Below the pieces are notes generated by a model. It was given only the letters and a program-made list of their open reading frames with translations. It was not told the DNA's origin and searched no databases. This document shows, one piece after another, positions 41,301-52,105 of a stretch of 64,000 bases of DNA. The position numbers and the translations under genes were made by a program. Numbering within the stretch: position 1 is the stretch's first letter; every line of letters begins with the position of its first letter. The DNA is from Antedon mediterranea (Eukaryota > Animalia > Echinodermata), in NCBI RefSeq assembly GCF_964355755.1, contig NC_092676.1:20292871-20356870 (forward strand). Reading direction: 5' to 3'.

Positions 41301-44300
41301 TTTTAATATAGTCTCTGTAAAGCTCAGTCTACGCTATCAAACCTTCTGTGACACAAAAATGTGATGTGACCAGATATGGACATGTTGATGTCATATCACT
41401 ACCATATTTGGGCACATCACACTTTTTTGTCAAACTAATTTAAAAGTGTAGACCATGCTTTAGGCTTGGTTCTTGCTTGGAAGCAACAGAACCAAAGTTG
41501 AGTTGACCAAACATAAGCGACAGTTCGGATGATCCATCTTAATGTGAATGATCATCACAAAGTAACTATACAACATCAAATTGCAGGATGGATAAACTGT
41601 TTAATAATTTTATCGTGTTTATAGACTAAGTCTAATTTGAGGCTTAGGGAGTGAAGTTGAAAGATTCGTGAGTTACAACCCTTGCACTAGGTCATGATTG
41701 AACCCCGGACCTTGCGATTGGAAGGCAAGTACATTAACCACCAAAGTACAGCTCTACTACAAATGTTAACATTTTCTTCATCTATTGCAGGACACCACAA
41801 GCAATATGGAGATAGATGGGCTGCAGACGCAACTAAGTGACATGAAAGACAGGATTGTGGTGCTAAGACAGCAACTAGATGACCAAGAGGATGAACATAA
41901 AAACAAGGTAATCTGAGTTGAGATTTTTAAGCTCTGTCTACACTATCAAACTAGTTTAATAAAAAAAGTGCGATGTGCCCAAATATAGTAGTGATATGAC
42001 ATCAATATGTCCATATATGTGCACATCACATTCTTTTCACGTAAAGTTTGATAGTGAAGACAGAGCATATTCATCATCAACATCTTCAGCATTAATATCA
42101 CTTTCATTATTATTCCCATCATCATTTTATCATTACAACTGACAACTTATTTCTAAATCTCTTTCTAAAGAGCTTTAGTAGTATAGTGAGTAAGTAATAC
42201 CAAAAAGTGACAATGTTATTTTTTTGCAGATATTAAAGATGGAGGCTGCAATGAAGAAGATAAAAGATGGTCACAAATCTGAAATGTCCCAAGCTCAATA
42301 TGACTTTAAGGTTTGAATGACAACAACTATTTCTTTAAGATATAAATAACACATTTAAATGCCAGGTGTGGAGATTACTGTGAGTGAATGGTTAAGCAGT
42401 AGGTAAGCTGTAGGTTCAGTGTACACATCTAGCTCGTGTGCACTTTAAAGAACCTAGTACATCTTTTGAGATGAGTAGGGGATTACCCTGGTGTACTAGT
42501 ACATCACAGCCACTTACCAGTCTCTGACAGAAGAGGTCGCCCAGTATAAATAAATAATAACAAACTGGTCAATTAAAAAAAATATAGTACATATCAGAGT
42601 TGACTAACCACTGTTAGCAACTAATTATTTATTTAATTTATATTAATTTAGCAAAGATCGGCCGAGATGGAGCAGCAGATTCACAAACAACGTGATCGCA
42701 CACTTGCCTTGCTCTCAGATAAAGATAAAGAAATTGAAAACTTAAAGCAACAACTTCATCCACATAATATTCCACCTTTCCAAAGGTAAATCTATAATTA
42801 TTTTATGACATGGGCATGTATTTAAAGCCAATATTGATTGCCTGGTTGGGGAGATTTGAATGATTTATATTGGATGATTACATTATATACATTGAGTATA
42901 GTGCCTTTTTATACTACGTTTCACAGGTGTTTAAAAAAATTTACAATTTGAAAATAGGTTTTAAGATTCGATTTCAATAATTTAATTTCATTTCGATCCT
43001 CAAAGTAGTTTTTGTGATAATTCCACCAATATGGGCCAATACAGCTTTTTATGTTCCATCTCCGAAAATGTAATCCAGCTTTTCTGATAGAAGCTGTCAT
43101 AATTACAAGTTCAGGTTCAACTCTCCTCCGAGGGAGACTTTATTATGTATATAGGTAGTAGGTCTTTTAAGTAATTTGGACCTCCACCCAGCACAAGACG
43201 ATGATTCAATATACAATACATCGATTAAAATATTTCAATATATAACAAAGTTACTTATGCTGGGTAATCGGATAGTAACGTATAATTGTTATCTATATAC
43301 AGTGATGCAAGCCCGTCTTCCAGATCTTCCAGTGTATTTACAGATAATGATGATGAGCATGATGATCCACATGCTGTTCAAGCTGAAGCCACTGTCACAC
43401 AGCTGCATAACAGACAGTCAGCTGCACTAGTGAGTCTTAAGCTCCTCTCAATTGCATACAAATATCGGTATCTTTGTCAAAAAAATAATACAGTATAGCA
43501 GCGTCAATCGGTTGAAGTGGTATTTACATAGGTTAAAAAAAGTCATGCACGAAATAATTCAAAATATAAAAAGTAAAAAATGGACCGCCATATGACTAGC
43601 ACCCAAGTTTCATTCATGTGTATGCCCACCACCACATGGAAGACAGTAGAAGAACCAGGTCTATCCCCTTATTGAAAATGCTGTTTACAAACTCTATAAT
43701 TTTAGTTATAAAAGAAATATATTTTTAGGTATATCCTTACTTGCAATTTTTAAGTCAAAGAGATGTCAGGAAATCAAATTAAACAAGAAATATTTCTTAC
43801 AAAAAACGCTGCTCGCTTATTGAAAAATATTTTTTATTTCAAATGTTTTTGAATGTGTCATTTTATTGTCACATAATAGTTATTTTACCTGAAAAAAATG
43901 TAATTTAAAGCAACAAATACTTAAATTGTCTGTCAGACAATGGTTTTTGGGTTTCTTTTCTTTTTTTATATGTGAATAAATATTATTTTTTTGTTACAGA
44001 AGTGAATACTCAATTTCTGTCACTTTAGTTAATTTTATTGCTAAGGTCAAATCTGGGGGTCACTTCATCACCCTAGATATTTCAATTGTGAAGTATCCTT
44101 TTACAAACACAAACTTTAATGGACTGTTTCGATAATAATTCAATGAATATCTGACAGTGAATATACCAGAAAAATGCTTAGGGATTTGTAATTTTAGCAT
44201 GACATGTCCTAATAGACTCTTTCCCAGACGTTTTTTGGGTCTACTGTAGCAGCTGGAATCAATAAATCATAGTGGAGTTTCCATTTTCACAAAACTGTCT

Positions 44301-47300
44301 GTCCTTAGAACTATAACTGCTGCTTGCTTTAGCTTCTGATTGAGTAGTCCTAATGGGACGTAGCGGGCTAGAGCAGCAGCGTGAAAACATTAATCGTTTC
44401 CTACATAAAACTATTTGCTGTTTTACTAGCAAAGTTATACTTACCTATAGCTTGTTTTAAATACGATTTCTCACTCTTTACAAGGATCTAAGTCTGAAGC
44501 CTATATCTAACATCAGATGACTTAACTAACCAGCATTACATCTATGACTGTATGACTTGTTGGAAACAAAAATGCCAGTTTACCATACCCAGTACTGTCT
44601 TAACTACCACATGCATTTAAATGATTGCCAAAAAATTAACAAACTAATGTTTATATGGTTATTATTTTCAGATGAAGGGTGTTGGAACAGCTTCGTTGCT
44701 GCACTATGCAGAAGAACAGTCAAGAAAAGAGGTTGAATTGACGATTATTAAGAGAAAGAAGTTAGAACTAGAAACAGCCTTACGACAACTACAAGAGAAA
44801 CACGCTGCAAGTCAGGAGACCCACCAAAACGAGGTCGAGAAATTGAAAGAAGAAGTGCAAAAATGGAAACGAAATCGGTATGATATACTTATAGAGTATT
44901 AAATAGATAAATTACATTGCCTTAAGCCCCTTCTACACTATCAAACTTTATGTGACAACAAAATGGGATGTGCCCATGGGCACGATGACGTTGTTTCACT
45001 AGCATATTTGGGCACATCACACTTTTTTTGTCCAACAACTTTGATAGTGTAGACAGAGCTTTAGTTAAAAGATCATGTGTTACAATAGTTGGTAATTTCA
45101 TTTCATAGTAGATTGATAAGATTTTATTTCCATAATTATTTTCCTTGACTAATCCGATTTGATATTTTTTATTGACACAGGTCTAGAGAAGGCACGAATC
45201 TAGAGTATTTAAAGAATGTTGTGTTGGGATATATACAAACAGATGATTTCTCAAGTAAACAAAGTTTGCTCCATGTCATCGCTACAATTCTACATTTTAG
45301 TCCCAAAGAGGTAAGTCAGTTTAAGAAAAATTTAGAATTGTCAAGAAAAAAATTGAAAAGATTAAAGTTGGCAAGAGTAAAATTAGCTAAATTTAAATTG
45401 TCAAGAGTAAAATTAGCAAGAGTAAAATTGGCAGGATTAAAATTGGATACACTAAAATTGTAAAGACTAAAATTGTCAGCATTAAAATTGTCGGGAGTAA
45501 AATTGCCAAAAGTAAAATTTTCAAGATTATAATTGCCAATATTAAAATTGTCAAGAGTAAAAATTTCAAAAGTAAAATTTCAAGAATAAAATTGTCAGGA
45601 GTAAAATTGTCAAGAGTAAAATTATCAAGATGAAAATTGCCAAGAGTAAAATTGTGAAGATTAAAATTGTCAAGAGTAAAATTGTCAAGATTAAAATTGC
45701 CAAGAGTAAAATTATAGAAGAGTAACATTTTCAAGAGTAAAAGGTAAGATCAAGTTTCTGTAATTGAATGCTATTGTTGCACTATAAATTAACCTACACA
45801 TTAGCACATATAGACTAGTCCAGATTTGAGAAAAATGAAATGCTGTAGGCATTTGTGTTAAAAGCGAATAAACATGTGTTTTAGGGTAATTTTGGGGTGC
45901 TGAATTCAAATTTGCTGTTTACCCGGCTCAATTTTTAGATCTTCACCCTTAAAATGTGAAAAACAAAATGGCCGCCATTTCAGACTTATTTTGGCTTATA
46001 ACTTGACTTCTAAGTGACGTAGCAAGTTAAAAATGGTGTCTATACCTATGTTTGTGATAGTGAAGATTCCAACTATATTGTTATTAAAGTTGAAAATATT
46101 CTATTTCAGCCGCCATGCTGAAATCCAAGATGGCCACCATTTTAAACGTATTTTGGCTTATAACTTGACTTTTAATTAACATAGGAAGTTAAAAATAGTT
46201 TCTATACCTATGTTTGTGATACTGAGGATTCCAAATATATTGTTATTAAAGTTGTAAATATTCTATTTCAGCCTCCATGTTGGAATTCAAGATGGTCGCC
46301 ATTTAAAACATATTTTGGCTTATAACTTGACATATAAGTAACATAGTAGGTTAGAAATGATGTCTATACAGTACCTATGTTTGTGATACTGAGGATTCCA
46401 AATATATTGTTATTAAAGTTGTAAATATTCTATTTCAGCCGCCATGTTGAAATCCAAGATGGCCGCCATCATTTTAAACGTATTTTGGCTTATAACTTGA
46501 CTTTTAATTAACATAGCAAGTTAAAAATGGTTTCTACCTATAGTCCAGTAAAAGTATGGTTGAACCTAGAACAAATTGCAACATAATTTGTTTTTGTTTT
46601 GTCTGGTGGATATGGTCCAAATTAACATCATATCCAAAGTTTACCAAAATCGGACATCGTGAAGTGGGTTCATTAGCATAAATAAAAAATGGCCGCCATT
46701 TACCATTTTGAAGCCCTGTATATTATCTCCTTATAATATGGTTGGTTTTACTTATAGACCACCTACTGTAAGTGAATTACTAATAATTATTATTAATCAG
46801 ATGTCTTGTTAATTTTGGACTGAACAAAAGATGCATGTTTCGAATTCATTCATAATTCATATCTTTGTTTCTTTGCAAGTACAGATCGTTTCTCATTCGA
46901 AATGCCATTGAAGATGTTACCATTTGCTCCCCAGTGTTTTCTTTAACTACAGATTTTTCCACTATATTGCTTCTTCTTGCTTAAAATATTTTATTAATGA
47001 TGGCAAAGTAATAGTAGGCCCCTAATAGATTTAATGCTCCATCTGCATTCATGAAAATGAAAAAGTTTCGATTCTATTTCCTGAAATTTTTTGCCAAGGA
47101 AGTTAAATACTGCTTGTTGTAGAAATTTAAATACTGTAATTAAGTACCAATTATCAATTTATTCACCATTTCAAATTATTTCAAATTCATAAAGATTTAT
47201 AACAAATGCTGGTGTGGATGACATAAGAACAAAGCTTGTTTACCGGTCACCGGTAGTGATGGCAAGTTAGAAAATTACCCAAACCCTTTGAATACCGTTG

Positions 47301-50300
47301 ATATGCAGTATCTTTAACTGATGGTTCTTCATCCTTGTTGGCACAATATAATGTACTTTATGCTCGATGAATCTTGGAAACAGCATTATAATATAAGCCA
47401 AAAAAGTTGTTGACTTGGTCACCAAACAGGTAAAATTCTGGCAATGAAATAGCAACTTTGATTGCAGATGAAGATGCTCACTTGTTATACCAAGAACTGC
47501 AATATGACATTATTTATTTCATGTGTCATTTCAATTTTGGATGTTTCCATACACGTTTGATCCAATAGACTGGGGTAATAATGTTTCACAACATTAGGCG
47601 CTATATAAATCCACGATATTATTGTATGAAAACTATTAATTTGGTATCTAATTATTATACTATAAATTAAACTTATATTTATGTGTGTAGGCCTACATAT
47701 TACCACTAATAGCAAAGCAATATAGCTTAATGTTTATTGCGTAATAATTGTTTAATGGGCTAGGCCGGCTATGTGCAGGTGTTCACAGGTCCCCAGGGCA
47801 CAGAGAACTACATTCACAACAGGCCTAGGATATGCGCAAAAGCAAGGCACGTCAGAAATGTATGCGAGGCATCGTTTTACCATCATCAAAAAATGCGAGG
47901 CATCATTTTATCGTTTCCCAAAATTTAGGATCGATTATTATTCTTTGAAAACAGAACAGTATCAGCAGTAACATATTACAGCATTTTTATTGACAAATTA
48001 ACAAAAATATATTGAGATTAAACGTGTTTTTCACCAATAAATGCATGAGAAATTGACGCATTCCACTTTGTTTTAGTCCTCTATTATCATTTTGGCCGTG
48101 AAGCTAGTTAATTCTATTTCCTTATTCTGAATTGAAGGCATTATATATAATACTGTAGATGAAAAAACCTCAAAACGAAACCTCTACTTCCTCTGGTATC
48201 CAGTATCATTTACTAATATGGCTAATGCTATCATCTTACACTATTGATAATTTTATAAATTACAGTACCTTTTTTTTGTAAACATTTTGTACTGTACTTT
48301 TATAAGTGTTACCCCAAATTTCACAACAATCATTAATATATGGTAATATCAATGCATAAATAAAATAAATTATACACTACTTTTTAGCAGTTTTCTCAAT
48401 TTATATATTATTATTATACTGATGTCTTTATCAATTGTTGTTTGTATACATTTAACATGTTTGTTTTTTTACCAATTTTACAATCTATTTCTATTCCGAG
48501 AAATGTTTTGATATAAATACGTTGTTGTTGTATTGAATTAATTCTGTGAAGTCTTTTTGACCAACTCTTTCATTATCATTATGAACAAACAATTTGAACA
48601 TTGTTGTCAACTTATACCAGCCTTATGACTTGAATGAAAAAAACAATCGTTACATAAAAATATACAACATAGCATGATGAGTGTATACACGAATCTATTT
48701 CGATACGCTAGGCCTATTTTAAAAATATAAATAATTTATTATTAGGCCTATAATATAGCATAATAGCACGTTAAGAAATGCCTCGCACCTTTTTGAAATT
48801 GTAAACTATATGCCTCACCTTTTTGAAATTGTAAACTATATGCATCGCATGCCTCACACTTATATTTGGTGTGCCTCGCTGCCTCGCACAATCGAATTGG
48901 AACAATACAATGAAAACCTCAGTGGTCTAATGGTTAGGAGATCTGCATATCAAGCAGAAGGTTCCGGGTTTGAATCTCGGAGAGGGCTTTTTCTCATTCT
49001 CACAGGTTTATATATATTTATTTTTTTTTATATATTTTTTTCTCTTTTGTGGCGCAAACACTACTTTTATTCACATTCCTATTATCTCATGTCATTAAAT
49101 CATATTATTTAACACATTTTTGTTAATTCCAAATGTCATCAGTAACATTTTTACATTTATGAATTCCGTATTACCTCCTTTTTTCATTAATTTTCTAAAC
49201 ACTTGACAATGATCATCATTATCATCTATCTCGTTTTAAAATATTTTACACATAAAGAACAATCCCTTTGTGAGTTTTTTATTTTCATTTGTTTGTTTGC
49301 CTTGCACTTTGTTACTACCCTGTGTGTGTGTGTTTGTTTAAAATAGGCGCCATCTTTGATTTCAACATGGCGGCTGTTTACAACTTTAATAACAATATAT
49401 TTGGAATCCTCAGTATCACAAACATAGGTACTGTATAGACATCATTTCTAACCTACTATGTTACTTATATGTTAAGTTATAAGCCAAAATACGTTTTAAA
49501 TGGCGACCATCTTGAATTCCAACATGGAGGTTGAAATAGAATATTTACAACTTTAATAACAATATATTTGGAATCCTCAGTATCACAAACATAGGTATAG
49601 AAACTAATTTTAACTTGCTATGTTAATTAAAAGTCAAGTTATAAGCCAAAATACGTTTAAAATGACGGCCATCTTGGATTTCAACATAGCGGCTGAAATA
49701 GAATATTTGCAACTTTAATAATATAGTTGGAATCTTCACTATCACAAAAATAGGTATAGACACCATTTTTAACTTGCTACGTCACTTAAAAGTCAAGTTA
49801 TAAGCCAAAATAAGTCTGAAATGGCGGCCATTTTGTTTTTCACATTTTAAGGGTGAAGATCTAAAAATTGAGCTGGGTAAACAGCAAATTTGAATCAGCA
49901 CCCCAAAATTACCCTAAAACACATGTTTATTCGCTTTTAACACGAAATGCCTACAGCATCTTATTAGAGTGGAAATATGACTATCTGGACTAGTCTGATA
50001 TTGAGAAGTCTTGTGCACCTATTAGTCGTATATGATAGAGTATAGTCCTTGGTTGGAGGACAACTCCATTCACACTTGATCCGTTTCACAGAACCGATGA
50101 CGGAGAAGTTTTGTTAAATAATGGGAAATCCTATAGAGAATTAAACAACGCAGTGTGAATGTGATTTTAAGGTGTGGGATTATACTCTGAATGCATTAGC
50201 AATGAAATTAATAAATGTGTGCGTGTGTGAATTTGATGTCAAACACTACTATATTTTGGCACACTTTTTTTTGTCAAACTAGTTTGATAGTGTAGACAGA

Positions 50301-50426
50301 GTTTAAACTAGGGATGTTGGATTTTACTCAGTAATATATTACTATCTTGTACTTTTAAAATCAAATTTGTTTATTTTTCAGGTTGATAATGTAACTAAGA
50401 AATTGGCAGCAGGCTGGTGGGGCTAA
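32393..50426 (+). CDS. GCC1: GRIP and coiled-coil domain-containing protein 1 (GCC88 golgin), 717 aa, 16 coding exons
   Basis: Exons 32393-32477, 33855-34000, 35307-35459, 37819-38037, 39513-39562, 39645-39786, 40002-40183, 40442-40635, 41136-41278, 41791-41907, 42230-42310, 42652-42785, 43303-43429, 44672-44877, 45181-45310 and 50382-50426 (TAA) join in frame (2154 nt). Recognised segments: RLRDVVKAYKGLLKEKEALEA, SLATVTAQKSKMEASFQADKK, LKERITQLDLEN, QQELKQLKDEFERYKMRAQSVLKSK, and GRIP domain EGTNLEYLKNVV..IATILHFSPKE..GWW. Confidence 0.93.
34172..34880 (+). mobile_element. DINE-1/HINE-like element in a GCC1 intron
   Basis: TTTTTAGTCGCGTGGAAGCGACTC start, (GTCK)n microsatellites, CACGCGACT subTIR and GCCATCTATATGGC-CTTGTT end; same termini as 18101-18211. 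Confidence 0.75.
34925..35226. repeat. 48-bp minisatellite, ~6 units
   Basis: CCCACATCAATCCTCTCCTGACTCCATTTCTGAGCACCCAAACTTTCA repeated. Confidence 0.85.
36420..36660 (-). mobile_element. Nin/Deu-type tRNA SINE copy
   Basis: Reverse complement shares GTCTTCTCGGTTAAGGACT..GTTCAGTGTACAC-TTTAAAGAACCC..GAGTAGGG with the SINE at 1551-2080. Confidence 0.6.
37460..37766 (-). mobile_element. tRNA-derived SINE with an L2-like 3' tail
   Basis: Minus strand reads TGGCGCAGTGTG (A box)..GGTTCGAATC (B box)..CCTTTAGGCAAGACACTTT..CCACCCAGGTGTATAAAATGGGTAC..AGCGCATTGAG..(TTA)n. Confidence 0.7.
38055..38240. mobile_element. Tc1/mariner-type MITE with TA TSD
   Basis: TA-CAGTCAACTCTCCCAATAC...GTATTAGGAGAGTTGACTG-TA, 17 bp downstream of a GCC1 donor site. 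Confidence 0.85.
39849..39953. mobile_element. 21-bp-repeat MITE family copy
   Basis: AAGCTCTGTCTACGCTATCAAAC..ACTACCATATT..TAGACAGAGCTT. Confidence 0.7.
41318..41463. mobile_element. 21-bp-repeat MITE family copy
   Basis: AAGCTCAGTCTACGCTATCAAAC..CATATCACTACCATATTTGGGC..GTGTAGACCATGCTT. Confidence 0.7.
41927..42068. mobile_element. 21-bp-repeat MITE family copy
   Basis: TTAAGCTCTGTCTACACTATCAAAC..GTTTGATAGTGAAGACAGAGC. Confidence 0.75.
42380..42560 (+). mobile_element. Nin/Deu-type SINE fragment
   Basis: GTAGGTTCAGTGTACACAT..GTGCACTTTAAAGAACC..GAGTAGGGG..GGTCGCCCAGTATAAATAAA. Confidence 0.6.
44922..45063. mobile_element. 21-bp-repeat MITE family copy
   Basis: TTAAGCCCCTTCTACACTATCAAAC..TTTGATAGTGTAGACAGAGCTT. 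Confidence 0.75.
45335..45742. repeat. 15-bp minisatellite (AAATTGTCAAGAGTA)n
   Basis: More than 25 degenerate units starting just after the donor of the GRIP exon. Confidence 0.85.
45812..46740. mobile_element. Non-autonomous element with internal ~162-bp repeats (left arm of a long inverted pair)
   Basis: Starts AGACTAGTCCAGAT; TTTTGGCTTATAACTTGAC recurs at ~45990, 46151, 46313 and 46483. Confidence 0.8.
48918..49010 (+). mobile_element. tRNA-like SINE head
   Basis: CAGTGGTCTAATGGTTAGGAGATCTG..GGGTTTGAATCTC, then TTTTTCTCATTCTCACAG shared with ~40240-40290. Confidence 0.5.
49347..49996. mobile_element. Inverted copy of 45812-46468 (right arm)
   Basis: Reverse complement of the left arm over ~650 bp, ending ATCTGGACTAGTCT. 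Confidence 0.85.
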
Positions 50427-52105
50427 TAATATACAGTACCAAGATATATAACTTATGTAAAACTTTATCTAATGTCGTTACTGTTTTGTTCTTGAAAGCG
50501 TTAAATATTATATTTATATAACTTGCTTATTCAGCATTATTTATCTTTTGATTTTTTGTTTTTAATTACCTAATTTTGATTTCCTTTGAGCATTGATACT
50601 GTAATTGATTTTAATTAAGATGAAATTCGGGACTATTCTATTTTAAATTGTTAATATTTATATAAATATAAATCACCTTTTGTATCAGATTTAGACACAA
50701 TCTCTTTCGGTTGTATGGAAATGTTTTGATAGTTTCAAATGATACTTATTGGTTTATCTTTACACAGGGTGCTAGGAAGAAGATCTTGCGTTATTGTAAA
50801 ATTATAAGTTATTGTATAATTCATCTAAATAAATTATCTACAGTTTTAATATTTGATTAGCTATTTTATGGACTGGATAGTAATATTTAATTAATTGTGC
50901 AGGGGGGACTTGGATGGTCTTTTTTGAAGGTTCAGCACCTAAATAATGTACCATACCCTGTGTATAAGCTTGTAGAGAGTAGAGAATTTCAACCATCTTT
51001 CGAGAGATTCACTGATATACACAACATCAATCAACAATATTATTCTGAAATATAAGTTACAATTTTGTTTTTTTTTCCTTTTGAACTTAAAGAGTACTCT
51101 TGTCAAATCCATTGAATTATTTATTTTTTAATAAAGTGTATAAGGATAATAAAGTGTATTATGGTTTTAACTGTTTTTCACCGACTTTGTGTAACAATTC
51201 TCGCCGAATGCTGTCAAGTATTATTATTATATAAAGCATAGTCTTTATGTGAAAAACATTTCATTGTCAAAATCAAGTTTAACTGTCAGCGTTAATCTTC
51301 AACTTGCGTTCCATATGTCTCTGTTTTACCGTATTTCAAGTTCATTTAGTTCATCTGTGTCTTTATCATCATCATTAATAACCTTTCTTCCTCCTTCTTA
51401 TGTTACTAATAATTTTTCATAAATGTATTGTAGTGGAAACCAAAATATTCATGCACAAAGCAAATACTGTAGAGTATTTAACATTTTTTATTATTAATGC
51501 TCTTTTTGTAAGACTATTTAACAACTATTAGGATAAGCACTTCCAGGTAAAAGCTTAAAATTTACAAATTTATATATACAGTATATATATTGCCATTTTT
51601 ATTTACAAACTATATATGTTTACTAAAAATAGCATATAATTTCATAAGATTAAAAACGTATTGAAACTGTGTTAGTCTAGGTTGCTAACAGCTATCATGA
51701 AAAAAATCCCCATTTATTTTTTTTCAAGTTTCAATGAATGATTACTACTTACTTAATTACTAATTTGCTTACTAATACGTTGTACAGTGCTAAACATTTC
51801 CTCAAACTCTGTATATTTATAGTTTGAATAGGTTTTTGTTTCTTCAATCTGTGCTTATGTTCTGATATGCTAAATTACTGTCTATATTATTTGTATGAGC
51901 TTGTCCTGTAACGAAATACGAAATTATTATTTGTATGAGCTTGTGCTGTAATGAAATTGTCTTTTTACGAACCTACATATAAATGATATGGTATTTAAAA
52001 TGATTGGTTGAATTTGGTTTAAATATTTTCCAAACGATGCAATATTGTAATGTGTCCTCTTTGTGAAACAATGTTCTTTTTTAGTTTCTGAAAAAAAGTT
52101 CCTGA

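Noticed and set aside
45393-45734. Pentapeptide-repeat-like ORF (NFTLD)n
   Set aside because: Reverse translation of the 15-bp intronic minisatellite, with a frameshift.
46860-47620. Possible transposase relic inside the inverted-repeat loop
   Set aside because: Only short open stretches and no DDE or other motif that I can recognise.
48918-48990. Possible tRNA gene (also ~41690-41760, ~35505-35560 and ~33190-33250)
   Set aside because: Degenerate B box or stems and continuation into shared repeat bodies indicate SINE heads.
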